A stretch of DNA of 64,000 nucleotides from Bacteroidales bacterium. Its GTDB lineage: Bacteria > Bacteroidota > Bacteroidia > Bacteroidales > UBA932. The notes beneath the pieces are model-generated. The model was not told the DNA's origin and searched no databases. It was given only the letters and a program-made list of their open reading frames with translations. Position numbers and translations under genes: made by a program. Where the stretch lies: positions 23,881 through 87,880 of the forward strand of contig JAFZBQ010000081.1 in assembly GCA_017561665.1 (NCBI GenBank), read 5' to 3'. Shown one piece after another: positions 49,243 through 60,900 of this stretch; within the stretch, counting starts at the first letter, position 1, and each line of letters opens with the position of its first letter.

Positions 49243-51891
49243 TTATATTCTACTCTTTATCTCGTAATGTCCTGATTCCAGTGAAAGAAACGCGCGACCA
49301 TTGCTGCCTGCCGTCTTTACACGTTTCCCATTGCAGAGAACGAATCTGCCGTCTGCAGATGGAATGCTCAAATCAGCGATAGTCCCGGCAGGAATGTCAA
49401 CACTCCATATCAGATTATGTCCCATTTTCTTCCATGAGCTCCGGATTGTTCCTTTTACCGTATCAAGCGAACCATCTGCCCACTCCAAAGATTTTGGAAT
49501 GCAAGGCTTAAGAGAGAAGCGACAGAAACCAGGATTGTCAAAAGATGGATTGATACCGAGGATATGACGATAGAACCATGCATCAACCGTGGCCAGCATA
49601 GGGTGATTATGGGAATTCATCGCATCTCCGGTAAGATATTCCCACCGTTCCCACACCGTGGTCGCGCCTTTGCTGAGCATATATCCCCAACTGGGATATG
49701 TGATTTGGGTAACCAATTCCCAGGCATCATCTACATATCCTCCGTCTGCAAGGACGTCGAGTATATACTTTGTGCACAAGTTGCCGGTAGTCAGATGCCA
49801 ACCTCTTTTACGGATATCAGTTACAATATTCTCCATAGCAAGTGCGGCCTGCCTGTCATCTGCAAGGCCAAGATATACGGCAAATGCATTTGATGCCTGA
49901 TTGTTTGAGGCATAGCCTCCTTTCTCTTCGTTCCAATAAGCGCGATTGAATGCCAGACGCGTCTGGCTTGCATATTCTCTGTATTCCTCGGCCATATCGG
50001 TCCGCCCAAGGACGTTGGCCATATCGGCTATGAGTTTTTCACAGTAATACAGATATCCTGTTGAAATCATCAACCCGGGAGTGTCCCGTGAAACACCGGT
50101 CCCCGGATTTGCGAGGAATTCCCAGGGCGGACACCAGTCACCATAGTAGCTATAATCGACTAGCCCGTCAACTGTTCTGCTCCTAAGGTAATCTGTCCAA
50201 GCCTTCATTCCTTCGAATTGATCTTCTATTGCCTGACGGTTGCCATATAGTACATACGCCATAGCCGGCAGAAGCAGGTAGCTTGCACATACCGGGTCGG
50301 CTGGCCGCATACCGAAGCGGAAAGGAGCCACACAGGTGATACGTCCTTTGTCGTCCTGTGTGTCAGTTATGTCTTGTGCGAATTTTGGGAAGAAGCGTGC
50401 CATGTCAAAATTGAACATGGCAATCTCATGGCTGACGGTAAGATCATTGAGCCACCCCATACGTTCGTCTCTCTGGGGGCAGTCGGTAGGCACGCTATGA
50501 AGGTTGCTCGCTTCTGTATTGACCGCCATCATATGTATGCTGTTAGCCAATTCATCGGAGCAGGAGAAACCGCCTGTGGTATGCACATCGGTCCGTATCA
50601 CTTTAACCTCGAAGTCTTCGGCAGAAGGCTCGTACGGCAAGCCCTCAACTTGAAAATAACGAAATCCGTGATATGTGAACGACGGCTCCCACCTCTCTTC
50701 GCCGGAGCCGGAACAAGTGTAGCTGTCGCAAGCTTTTGCATTGCGCAGGTTGTCTTGGTTTACTGTTCCGTCTTCCCGTAGTGTTTCCGAAAAAAGCAGC
50801 CGGATAGTAACGCCTCTCTCACATTTAACTCTTAATGAGACCCAGCCGGCAAGATTTCTGCCAGCGTCAAAAACATAGATGCCGTCTAATGGCCTGGCAA
50901 CCATGGCCGGTTTAACAGTCTCAACGACCCGTATCGGTTCCACTCTTTCGGAATGAAGTTCACCGGTGGGATCATCGGTGTTGTGGGCCCATGCCCATTC
51001 CTTGTCAATTAGCCCCACCGGAGTGTCGGGCCGCCAAATGGATTCCCGGGCTTCCCGTGCATCATAAGTTTCGCCGTCAAACACAGATGCCTGTACGATC
51101 GGCCCGGTTGTAACATGCCTGAAATTGTCTGTATTCAGTAGGATGAATGTTCCGTCGGTGTATGTAATTTCCACCTGAATGCGTAGTCGCTGGGCGCCAA
51201 ACCATCCAGGAGCGACCGGTATTACAAAACTGTTTGCTCCAGGACGAATCAGCTTGTCAAGGTCGTAGGTTTCGTAATAAATCCGCTTGCTGTAGGTACT
51301 CTGGGCAGGAGCCAGAACAGCGTCCGACACCTTTTCTCCGTTGACATAGAAGGTGTGGAATCCGATTCCTGCCACATATGCCCTTGCACGGGCAATCGTC
51401 TTTCCCGTTTCGGACCAGTATAATTCCTTGAAGTAGAGAACCCGTCCGCTCATCCCGGGGGCGTATCCAATCCATCCGCCCTGCCAGTCTGTCTGACGTG
51501 TCAAACCCATTTCCCACCATGAGGAATCCGACCATTCTGACTCATTCTCATACTGCCATACTTTTACCTTCCAGAAGTACCGTTGCCTGCTTTCAAGTGT
51601 CAGATGGGAGGTGGAAATGGATGACGACTCCTTGGAAGAGACTTTACCGCTGTCCCAGATATCTCCTTTATCTTGCGAAAGAATCTCTTCACTGCTGGCT
51701 ACAAGTACCCGATAGTGAGTCTGTAGTATTCCGTAATCAGAACCGGTCAGCCTCCAACTTAACTGGGGTGCATAATCTATTCCGATGGGGTTTGCCTGGT
51801 ATTCTGATTTCAGGTCGATTGCCTTGATGGTGTGTCCATGCATAGTCAACGACAACAGAGCAGGTAGGATAATCAAGAGCAATCGCCTCAT
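49243..51891 (-). CDS. GH78 alpha-L-rhamnosidase
   Basis: 882 aa. Has PQLSWRL, QTHYRVLVASSEE, RYFWKVKVW and a six-hairpin catalytic region, typical of bacterial rhamnosidases. Confidence 0.8.
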   Translation of the reverse strand: MRRLLLIILPALLSLTMHGHTIKAIDLKSEYQANPIGIDYAPQLSWRLTGSDYGILQTHYRVLVASSEEILSQDKGDIWDSGKVSSKESSSISTSHLTLESRQRYFWKVKVWQYENESEWSDSSWWEMGLTRQTDWQGGWIGYAPGMSGRVLYFKELYWSETGKTIARARAYVAGIGFHTFYVNGEKVSDAVLAPAQSTYSKRIYYETYDLDKLIRPGANSFVIPVAPGWFGAQRLRIQVEITYTDGTFILLNTDNFRHVTTGPIVQASVFDGETYDAREARESIWRPDTPVGLIDKEWAWAHNTDDPTGELHSERVEPIRVVETVKPAMVARPLDGIYVFDAGRNLAGWVSLRVKCERGVTIRLLFSETLREDGTVNQDNLRNAKACDSYTCSGSGEERWEPSFTYHGFRYFQVEGLPYEPSAEDFEVKVIRTDVHTTGGFSCSDELANSIHMMAVNTEASNLHSVPTDCPQRDERMGWLNDLTVSHEIAMFNFDMARFFPKFAQDITDTQDDKGRITCVAPFRFGMRPADPVCASYLLLPAMAYVLYGNRQAIEDQFEGMKAWTDYLRSRTVDGLVDYSYYGDWCPPWEFLANPGTGVSRDTPGLMISTGYLYYCEKLIADMANVLGRTDMAEEYREYASQTRLAFNRAYWNEEKGGYASNNQASNAFAVYLGLADDRQAALAMENIVTDIRKRGWHLTTGNLCTKYILDVLADGGYVDDAWELVTQITYPSWGYMLSKGATTVWERWEYLTGDAMNSHNHPMLATVDAWFYRHILGINPSFDNPGFCRFSLKPCIPKSLEWADGSLDTVKGTIRSSWKKMGHNLIWSVDIPAGTIADLSIPSADGRFVLCNGKRVKTAGSNGRAFLSLESGHYEIKSRI

Positions 51892-51901
51892 ATATCAGAA
51901 T

Positions 51902-53371
51902 CTATTGAAACAATTCAGGGAGATCTATCAGAGCGCGTTCGTACATACGCCGGCCACCCAAGGCATTTGGATGATGCCAGACCTGAATACCGTTATAGTA
52001 TGGATCTCCTTCATAATCTTCCCAGAACATCAGTGACTTATCCACTTCCATGCCGTCTCCCGCAAGAGAAGTGGCAAGATCGAACTTGCAGCCTTTCAGG
52101 CCGTACTTCTGCCTGATGGATTCGATCAACTGATTGGTGGATATTTGTGTTCCTCTCTCATTACATGGGATATTGTTCAAAATGGGTGTACATCCTTGAG
52201 CGAGAATGAATTCTATCATTGCTGAGAGATTCTCTGCCGTGAGGCCGCCGTTCGTCCCTATAGTTATCATTACGAACTCGGGTTTCAGGATAGGGACTTC
52301 GTTGGGGAGAAACTGCATTACATCAGGCAACTGGGCTCCGCTTCTGCTACTGGACATTGCATTGCCCTTCATACCGCTGATAATCAACTGTGTGTAAGAT
52401 TCGTCAAAATCCTTGGCAGGATAGTAATCTTCCGGCTGGGTAATCGAATCCCCGTAAATGAGCATTTTTACGTATTCCTTGAGACAATAGACACTGATTT
52501 TCTTGATATAACAGGTTGTCCCCTTGGGGAAACGGACACAGTAATGGTCTTTTTGTGTTCCGACCATGAAAGGTGTAGCGTTTGTAACACCTTTCCCCGT
52601 GCCGCCACGTCCGTCATTGGAGGCCGACAAAGACACAGTCTCTCCTGACAATAAGTCTGTAACCCGCATTTGTTGTTCGCGGTATGAGTGGATAATATCC
52701 ACCATATATTCTTTTTCCCCTGTCAGGAAATCGGCATTTTGTGATACTATCGGATTGGTTTGGAAACGGATACATTTGCCTGGAATGTCAAGCCAGGCAC
52801 TGAAATCGCCTGATTTGCTCTTGAAATTAATCAAAGCGTCTGCAGATGCCTTGATTCGATATCTCACCATTCGCTGCCCAAGGGCATACATATTGAGCAA
52901 CAGGATTTCCTCACCGTTAGAAGCAAGTTTTAATCCGTCATCCATATATGACCCTGCACGACCCACCAGCATTTCTCCAGGCTGGTGGTCATAGTCCAAC
53001 TTTGATGAATAAAGCAAGGCGGCACCTGCAACTTTGTCATCAAAAACCCTAACGGGTATTTGTTTTGAAATCTCCCCACAGGTCAGACTAATAACAGTCT
53101 TCCCCTCACCGACAGCTCTCACAAAACCACCCGATACTGTTGCAACAGAAGGGTCGCCAGTACTCCAGGTCAATTTCTCGAGATCGGCAGAAGAAGGAAG
53201 TGGCGCCACATCAAGGGAGCAGTGCTCTCCAACCTCCAGGACAATCTCACTCCGGTTCACTGCCAAAGCTTCCAGCTTGTTATCATCATGCGGCTGGAGG
53301 CTTTCGCCCCCAGCACATGATAATAACACCAACTGGCTTAATACCCACAAATAAATCATTTTACCAACCAT
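51902..53371 (-). CDS. SGNH/GDSL-type esterase with N-terminal Big_2-like domain
   Basis: ORF trimmed to ATG 53371 (lipobox LLSCAG). Big_2-like LTWSTGDPSVATVSGGFVRAVGEGKTVISL and GDS block LIYGDSITQ. Confidence 0.7.
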   Translation of the reverse strand: MVGKMIYLWVLSQLVLLSCAGGESLQPHDDNKLEALAVNRSEIVLEVGEHCSLDVAPLPSSADLEKLTWSTGDPSVATVSGGFVRAVGEGKTVISLTCGEISKQIPVRVFDDKVAGAALLYSSKLDYDHQPGEMLVGRAGSYMDDGLKLASNGEEILLLNMYALGQRMVRYRIKASADALINFKSKSGDFSAWLDIPGKCIRFQTNPIVSQNADFLTGEKEYMVDIIHSYREQQMRVTDLLSGETVSLSASNDGRGGTGKGVTNATPFMVGTQKDHYCVRFPKGTTCYIKKISVYCLKEYVKMLIYGDSITQPEDYYPAKDFDESYTQLIISGMKGNAMSSSRSGAQLPDVMQFLPNEVPILKPEFVMITIGTNGGLTAENLSAMIEFILAQGCTPILNNIPCNERGTQISTNQLIESIRQKYGLKGCKFDLATSLAGDGMEVDKSLMFWEDYEGDPYYNGIQVWHHPNALGGRRMYERALIDLPELFQ

Positions 53372-53375
53372 ATCA

Positions 53376-54665
53376 CTAATTAACGTACAAGTTTCTCTCT
53401 TCCAATGAGCCAAAGGTGCCTGTAAATGTCATTTCTGCGATTACATAAATGTATCCGAAGGGATCCTTTCCCCAAGTGTCGAAAGAATCCAGCAGTTTGA
53501 CACGGACATATCGGACAACCTTATTTGCGTCAGGGGCGCTTTCCGTCGGCGTGAACGTATAGATGTTCTCGTATATCCAATGATATTCATCATCTGCCGT
53601 AATCGTCCCGACAGTACCGTCAGCGTTGTAACCGGAAGGCTTGAAAGCCTCGAAATCACCTAACAGGGTCCAGCTGTCCCAGGAGCCGTCTTCGGCAGGG
53701 GCTTCGCTTCCCCAAACTTGGAAGTGGCGTATTCCCGAACCCGCGAATGTCTCGTACGGCACCCTGTGATGCCATTGGATGGTTTTCAGACTTACATGAT
53801 AGCCAAGATCAACGGTGAACCAGATTGTTTTCGGGCAGTCAAATGGAGTAGCCCAGATATCACCGGTATTATTGTTCCATAGAGCTACTATTGATGTTCC
53901 ATAAGACGACCAATAGGAATCCGTCGGCAGCGGGAGGACACTCCAGGTGCCCTTCGGAAGAGTCAGTACTTCTTCAGGAAGAGAATCATCCATTGTGGTC
54001 CACATAGACGGAGCTTCGTCTACTCCTTCCTTCGGTTGGAAAACAGAGCGATAACTTATCGGTTCGCTGTTGTCGAAGTCTTCAAGCCATGTCTGCGACT
54101 CGCGAATCGGTACTTCTACTGTCCGATATTCTCCCGAAACCGTTTTATACCGTATTTCGGTTTTAACGAGATCGGCGGTTTTTGCACCCCACTTGACCAA
54201 AGCGAGTTTATCTACAACGACTGCAGCAGAAGTAACCTCACGATCGGAGCGGCTGTTGGTGTATGAAGGTCCATACACAGTGCCTGATCCCTCGACAGGT
54301 ACACTTATATTCCCTTTGGCATCGTAAGTATAGACCGTTACGGAATAGGTGTCTTCTTCCAAGTTGTCCAATATGACCTCCACCCTGTCGGCGGCTCCTG
54401 CAAGATTGACTTCAAGGGAGTCAAGCCCGCTGTTCCAGAATACCTTTGCCTTTGTCACGCTTGGATCGATTGGTGCCAGCCATGAAACCAGCAATCTGTT
54501 GTAACCGGCCTGTACAAGAAGAGAGTCTGCTTTTTGAGGATATTTAAGTCCTCCGGGGACGACAAATCCCTTATAGACTTCGTCCTGCTTAGAACAAGAT
54601 AACATGCTCACCAGCAATAAGACGACGAATGCTATTCGTATGAATAATGACTTTTTCATCTTCAA
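53376..54665 (-). CDS. Surface lipoprotein, DUF4998-like N-terminus plus discoidin-like C-terminus (SusE/F-position protein)
   Basis: 429 aa with lipobox MLSCS. Position and domain pattern are typical of PUL-encoded surface glycan-binding proteins (memory). Confidence 0.65.
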   Translation of the reverse strand: MKMKKSLFIRIAFVVLLLVSMLSCSKQDEVYKGFVVPGGLKYPQKADSLLVQAGYNRLLVSWLAPIDPSVTKAKVFWNSGLDSLEVNLAGAADRVEVILDNLEEDTYSVTVYTYDAKGNISVPVEGSGTVYGPSYTNSRSDREVTSAAVVVDKLALVKWGAKTADLVKTEIRYKTVSGEYRTVEVPIRESQTWLEDFDNSEPISYRSVFQPKEGVDEAPSMWTTMDDSLPEEVLTLPKGTWSVLPLPTDSYWSSYGTSIVALWNNNTGDIWATPFDCPKTIWFTVDLGYHVSLKTIQWHHRVPYETFAGSGIRHFQVWGSEAPAEDGSWDSWTLLGDFEAFKPSGYNADGTVGTITADDEYHWIYENIYTFTPTESAPDANKVVRYVRVKLLDSFDTWGKDPFGYIYVIAEMTFTGTFGSLEERNLYVN

Positions 54666-54671
54666 CAGGTT

Positions 54672-55973
54672 TTACGGGTTGTAATATTTGTCTTTCTCTT
54701 CTTGATTCGGCATCTGGCCATACATAACCAGTTCACCGACAACATACATTGTTCCGGTCGGCGAGTTTGCTTCTTCATCAAGATAGTTGGCATAAGTGCC
54801 CAGGAACTTGATGCGAAGATACCTGAATTCCCGGTAGGGATTCTCGACTTCGTCTGTATACTCCATCTCGTGCTCGTTCCGGTTTCTCCAGTAATCAAGA
54901 TCCTCATCGGTGATGGTACCGACAGTTCCGTCATCGTTGTAGCCGGAAGGCTTGAAATGTTCGAAATCTCCGAGCAGATACCAACTGTCATCCCAGCTAC
55001 CGTCCATATTCGGGTCCATGCTTCCCCATAGTTGTATTCGCCTTTCTGCTGCACTGGCATATTCTTCCGAATATCTATGATACAAGATGAACCGATTGAC
55101 AATAGCCGTATAACCCAATGAGATGGTAATCCAACGGATTTTGTGTCCCCAAGTGGAGGCCCAAACCCAGTCGTGATAGTTACCGTCCCACAGATGCCAA
55201 AGGTCAAAGTTGGGGTCGTTCTGCCAGGACTGGTACTCGTCTGTGGGAAGAGCGGCGTTTGTCCAGGTACTCGTAGGGAGTTTGATCTCTTCGAGAGGAG
55301 TAATCTCCTTGTACAATATCTCCGAAGTATTGTTCCACCGGTCCCGTAAATAAACTCCGTACAGTCTGGTTTCTGGCTCCAGACCACGACGTGTCAAGAC
55401 TATGCGGGAGGAGGAAGTGTGGAAAGTATACAACTCTTCCCAGTCGATATCTTTAGCAGCCTTCCCACTGTCCGTGAGGAGCGTATCCACCAGAAGCACC
55501 ACGGAAAGATCGGCGTTTGAAGGGTTATCGGCCAGGCTTACTGCCACCCCGCCAAAAGTAGCTTCAAGATCGTATTTGGCCGTGAGTACGGGAGGCATCT
55601 CGGGAGTCACCGTGAACGGGACCCCTTCTGAAAGCAAGCCGTTGGTACCTACGCTGTACAGGGTACCCTGGCGTGTGCTGGTGTCACCGAAACCTTCTAC
55701 CTTAAGGGAATCCACAAAGCGGGACGCCATACTTTCACAGGTTTCTCCATTGCGCTCGTATACAGCTTTGACACCAATTATGTTGTCGTCGTCAGGGATG
55801 TCGTAGTGTATGACAGCCCCGCCCGGCCTGGGAGTGACAGACCTTACGGCAGCCTGCTGCGGCGCCGGCACTGTCTGGTCAATCTGGTCAATTCTTCCCT
55901 CTTCTTCACAACTCACGAAGAGGAAAGCAAAAACCAATATGATAAATGCGATGATATAATTATGTGGTTTCAT
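54672..55973 (-). CDS. Surface lipoprotein, DUF4959/DUF5000-like (SusE/F-position protein)
   Basis: 433 aa with lipobox FVSCEE. The C-terminal third is paralogous to that of 53376..54665 (GTVGTIT.DE..W....). Confidence 0.65.
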   Translation of the reverse strand: MKPHNYIIAFIILVFAFLFVSCEEEGRIDQIDQTVPAPQQAAVRSVTPRPGGAVIHYDIPDDDNIIGVKAVYERNGETCESMASRFVDSLKVEGFGDTSTRQGTLYSVGTNGLLSEGVPFTVTPEMPPVLTAKYDLEATFGGVAVSLADNPSNADLSVVLLVDTLLTDSGKAAKDIDWEELYTFHTSSSRIVLTRRGLEPETRLYGVYLRDRWNNTSEILYKEITPLEEIKLPTSTWTNAALPTDEYQSWQNDPNFDLWHLWDGNYHDWVWASTWGHKIRWITISLGYTAIVNRFILYHRYSEEYASAAERRIQLWGSMDPNMDGSWDDSWYLLGDFEHFKPSGYNDDGTVGTITDEDLDYWRNRNEHEMEYTDEVENPYREFRYLRIKFLGTYANYLDEEANSPTGTMYVVGELVMYGQMPNQEEKDKYYNP

Positions 55974-55991
55974 AATCTTGTTTTTGACGGT

Positions 55992-57890
55992 TTACCAACC
56001 AAGGTTCTGGACAAGGTGCATATTCTGGTCAATGTCGCTTGTAGCAATTGGCCAGAAATAGTCTTTCTGAGTGAATGTAGGTTGTTTGTAGACTTCGACC
56101 ATCCTGTAGTAATTCTGGAGACCGCCGGATTTCTGCGCCCAACCGTAAATTCCCTTTGCATACTCAGCCGGAGCAGTCTTCCAGCGACGAAGGTCCCAGA
56201 ATCGATGACCCTCGAAAGCCAGTTCTATCAACCGCTCACGATGGATGATGTCCCTCATTCCAATCTGGGTCTTGTAATAGCCGGGAGCATTGGAGTATGT
56301 ATCCCAAGCGGTTTTGACATCTGGGATACCGGCCCTTTCCCTGACGGCATCGAGATAACGATACAAGTCGCCACTGTGTTCACCATCAGGGCCTTCTGCC
56401 TCGTTGATAGCTTCTGCATAGAGAAGATAAAGATCGGCCAGACGGAACATACACCACTCGTAACTCTTTGTGGAGTAACCATTCCTGCTGGTGACCCTGA
56501 ACTCGTGAGGGATAATTTTCTTTACATGGAACCCGGTGGACCCTCCACAGTTTGGAGCATAAATCTGCGACGGGGTAACGTTGTTCTGGGTCGGGCCAAA
56601 CCAAAGGCCGTATTTGAAGCCGAGATCTGCATAGAAACGGGGTTCGCGATCGAAATTGAATTCGACGGTTGTCGCGCCTTCCTTCATATTCCACTTGTAT
56701 TCCGAAGTCACTTCGCGTAAGTCAAGGGGATTGATATCTGCTCTTTCCTTATCGTTTGCGACTGGAATGCCGTGTTTGGTATAGAATTGATCGGCTATCT
56801 TCAAAGGCACGTTTACATAGTCTCCACGGATGTACAGGTCCGGATAGTTTACAGGATCGAGATTTGGAGTGGTAATAAACTGATTATGGCCACACGAGCC
56901 ATATGTTTTGGTGTTGACCCAAATCTGTTCGTCGTTCCAATCGTCGCAAATGGCATCCCTGATATCAAGTTCCTTCATTATCACATCATCTACCCTCAGG
57001 TTGCCCTGGTAATAATACAATGTATGGCTTGCGTCGTGGCAGATTGTAATTGCCTCCTCACAGGCTTTTACGGCATATTCCCATCTTGCCTTGATTTGCT
57101 CATCGGTCTTGTCGGGGAATAACCTAACTCCTCTGCTGTCAACCAGGGTCTGCTGGTCTTTGTTGCCGTTGAACAACGGGCTTGCGGCAGTGACGGCAAC
57201 TTTGGCTTTCAATGCCGCCGCAATCGGACGGTTGATTCTTCCCCACTCGTCCCTGGTCCTGTTTCGCTCGGGGAGATAAGGTATGGCCTCATCGAGCAAT
57301 TCGAATACATAGTCAAAACAATCGTCTATCGGTTCACGCCAAACCTTCACCTCGTCTACGCCGGCACTGATAGGGAGGCTTTCTCGGATAATCGGAATGG
57401 GACCCCACTTACGGATAAGGCAGAAGTGATAGTAGGCTTTCAAGACCTTTGCCTCGGCAATCCACTGCTCAAGCTCCTGTCGCTTCAGGTCGGGTACTTC
57501 GGGAGCGCGCTTGATCAGAGTATTGCAATAGCGGATCCCTTGATAGAACGAAGCCCAGTCATAGTTTATCGGATTAGAGGCACTCTGCCTTCCAAGGGCG
57601 ATGTAGAACAGATAAGGAGTCCAGTCGTAAGGCTGTATCCATTCATTGGTCCATAGTTCATCTCCACCGAGTAACGCAGGATCACCATCATAGTTTCCTT
57701 CCTGTGTCATATATGAGTAGCAGGAATACAGCCACTTGATGGCACTCGCACGCATATCGAAAACCATATCTTCCGTCGCAATGCCGTCATCCGGCACAAC
57801 ATCGAGATATTTGTTGCAGGAGGCGAAACCGGCAGTCAGGGCAACTGCACAAACAATCAGGAAGAAGTAATATTTAATTGAATGTTTCAT
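55992..57890 (-). CDS. SusD/RagB family nutrient-binding outer-membrane lipoprotein
   Basis: 632 aa with lipobox GFASC. Has the SusD-like TPR core and the C-terminal ...HRFWDLRRW... motif. Lies directly downstream of SusC. Confidence 0.9.
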   Translation of the reverse strand: MKHSIKYYFFLIVCAVALTAGFASCNKYLDVVPDDGIATEDMVFDMRASAIKWLYSCYSYMTQEGNYDGDPALLGGDELWTNEWIQPYDWTPYLFYIALGRQSASNPINYDWASFYQGIRYCNTLIKRAPEVPDLKRQELEQWIAEAKVLKAYYHFCLIRKWGPIPIIRESLPISAGVDEVKVWREPIDDCFDYVFELLDEAIPYLPERNRTRDEWGRINRPIAAALKAKVAVTAASPLFNGNKDQQTLVDSRGVRLFPDKTDEQIKARWEYAVKACEEAITICHDASHTLYYYQGNLRVDDVIMKELDIRDAICDDWNDEQIWVNTKTYGSCGHNQFITTPNLDPVNYPDLYIRGDYVNVPLKIADQFYTKHGIPVANDKERADINPLDLREVTSEYKWNMKEGATTVEFNFDREPRFYADLGFKYGLWFGPTQNNVTPSQIYAPNCGGSTGFHVKKIIPHEFRVTSRNGYSTKSYEWCMFRLADLYLLYAEAINEAEGPDGEHSGDLYRYLDAVRERAGIPDVKTAWDTYSNAPGYYKTQIGMRDIIHRERLIELAFEGHRFWDLRRWKTAPAEYAKGIYGWAQKSGGLQNYYRMVEVYKQPTFTQKDYFWPIATSDIDQNMHLVQNLGW

Positions 57891-57905
57891 AATATTGATC
57901 CTCCA

Positions 57906-60900
57906 CTATTTAAAAGTCACGTTAAGACCTATATTGAGAACCCTTTGAAGAGGATAGCCAAGACCATTGCCGGCCATCTCCACGTCCCAAAGACGGAACT
58001 TGCTCCACGTAAAGAGATTCGATGCACTGAGGTAGAACCTCAGGTTGTCCACATGTGTATTCTGAGTAAGTTTCGAAGGAAGTGTATATCCGAATTCAAC
58101 CTGCTTGAGACGAAGGAACGAACCGTCCCTCATAAACCAGGTACTGGTTTGGACATTGTTATTGTTGATTTCAGAACTCAGGCGAGGCCAGAGGGCATAC
58201 AAATCCTGATTGTCTTCTGACCAGTGGCTGTCGGCGTATACTTTCAACAACTGTGTCTGACCCTGGAACGGAGATGTTCCTGAGGCATTGATCCAGAAGC
58301 TTTCGTTTGCAAGTCCCTGGAAGAATACTGAAGCATCAAAACCCCTGTATCCTGCAGAGAAGCCGAAACCATAAACGATCTCAGGAGATACCGGGTTTCC
58401 GATAGGTACCATATCGGCAGGAGTAATTTTGCCATCCCGATTGACGTCGGTGTACTTGATGTCGCCACCGCCATAAAGGCTGCCGAACAACTGGGAAGGA
58501 GAATTGGCTGCCTCCTCGTCGTCCACGAAAAGACGTTCTGCTATATAACCCCAGTTCTGTCCGATGGATTGGCCCACGTGGCTGCGCCAGTATTCAGCGT
58601 ATTCGGGCTCCTCGAAAACCTCGTATCTGCTGACAGCCCAGGTAAAGTTAGCTCTGGCCGAAGTCCAGAAGTAACGGTTCCAAACCTGCTGATAATCGGA
58701 CTGGATATCGATACCGTGTGCCCTTGCTTCACCGACATTTGCTCTGACAGACGCAGTCAGACCCATTGTAGAGGGTATCGATGCACGGTCCATCAAGATA
58801 TTCTTTCGGTGTTCGGAGAAATATTCAGCAATGATATTCAACTTGTTGAAGAGGCCAAGTTCTACTGCGAAGTTGTGTTTATAAGAAGTCTCCCAAGTTA
58901 TGTCATCATTAGCATAGCGGCTCACGAGTACGCCGGGCCCTCCCACCGAGGAGGTCTGTCCAAAGTATGCGGCATGAGCCGAACTGTTCATATTGACATT
59001 GGACAGATAATAGAAGCGGTCGTATGCGGAACCGATCTGGTCATTACCCACAAGACCATAAGAGTATCTGAGTTTGAGGTTGCTGACGACCGGTTTAACC
59101 GGCTCCCAGAAATCTTCATTGGAAACCAGCCATGCCACGCCGGCCGAGGGGAAGAAACCCCAACGATGATGCTTTGAGAATCGCTCGGACCCATTGTAGC
59201 CAAAGTTGAATTCGGTGAAATATCTTCCTCCATATGCGTAGGTGAAACGCCCTGCCAAACCGGCATTTCGGAAAGGAAGTGACATCTGCAGGCTACCCAT
59301 ATTTGCACTTAGCAGTTCACGTGTCGTGAACACCAGCAATCCGCTCACTGCGTGATTGCCGAATTCCCGATTGTAGTTGAGCCTGGATTCAGTATATAGG
59401 GTCGATTGTACATCCTTGGAACTCTCGTCATAGCCCAGATATTCTGTTCCGGACTTCTCATTGATTTCCTTGAGCAAGTATTCTCCGGTAAAGGAGTCAT
59501 ACTGTGAAATTTTATAGAAGTACGGATTGTACGCACGCATAATGCTGAATTCGGAGAGACGGGAGATATTGACCATTGCGCTCAAATTGAGACCGGGAGT
59601 TATGAAACCCAGGTCCTGGCTGGCGTCAATAACGCAGAGCATCTGCGAACGGTTACGGTCCTTGTATCCGCGAACCATCTGGGCGTAGGGATTGATGTAC
59701 TGGCCGTTGTCATAATTTCCGAAGAGGATGTGTTTTGTATACTTATGGCTTTCGTCCGGTTCGTAATAGGCAGGGAAAAGCACGGGATTTGAGTGGACGA
59801 CCATGCTGTAAACCTCATCTCCGGAAGACAACGGACCAGTGTAATCATCAAAGTTGCCGGTCATCCTGACACCCATCCTGGTGGTAGGAGTCAGGTTGAT
59901 GTCTATGTTGGCACGTACCGTGTAGTTGCGAAAATCGATGTTATTGTTGAAACTGTTGCGCTTATCCACCTTCAGGATACCGTTGTCGCGGGTCGCAGAA
60001 GCAGAGACGTAGTACTGGGATACCTTACCGCCGCCGGTCACGCTGACTGTTGCACGCTGGCTTGTGGCTCTTTTATTGAAGAGCATATCATACCAGTCGT
60101 TTGAAGGATAAATGTACGGATTTGCGCCGGGTTTGCCGGTGTTATCAATTTTGTCCTGGCTATACGGCAGATTTCCCAAAGGATTGCGTGTCAAAACCGC
60201 TTCGTTGGCCAATTTCATATAAGTGACAGGATCGGCAAGTTCGATGGTGCTTGTCGGTTCGGAAATGGAATTTTCCAGTCTTACGAAAACCTTTGCAGGA
60301 CCCTCTGTTCCTCTTTTAGTCGTTACCAGAATGACTCCGTTCGCGCCGCGTGCACCATAAAGGGCGGTGGCTGTTGCATCTTTCATAATAGAGAATGATG
60401 CGATATCATCCGGCTGCAAACGGGCAAGGTCGGTTGTTGTAAGTTCAATGTTGTCAATCAGAATCAGCGGGTTTGTATTGGCGCCGAAAGTGGTGATGCC
60501 ACGAACAAAGAAGTCTGCATTGTCCTGACCGGGCTCACCGCTTCTCTGATAAGAGATGATACCGGCAAGGTTACCTGCCAACGCTGTAGTAAGGTTACTG
60601 GAAGGGATTTTCAGCTTACCTGGATCGATTGTGGTGATAGCACCGATGACACTCTCTTTCTTTTGGGTGCCGAAGGCTACCACGGTCACTTCGTCAAGGG
60701 CGTTTGTCTGCTGTTTGAGGATTATGCTCAATTCATCCTGCCCGGTGTATTCGAACGACAGATCGTTCATACCCAGGGAACTTGCAACGAGCACTGTCCC
60801 TTTTTTCAGATTGTCAATGGTAAATTCACCGTTCTCATCGGTCAAAACGCCGCGCTTGCCGTCTTTAACGACAATAGCTACTCCGGGGAGCGGCTCTCCG

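Noticed and set aside
54662-55387. 241-aa minus-strand ORF in an alternative frame inside 54672..55973
   Set aside because: It lies entirely within a better-supported lipoprotein gene, and its translation is Pro/Thr/Ser/Gly-rich junk.
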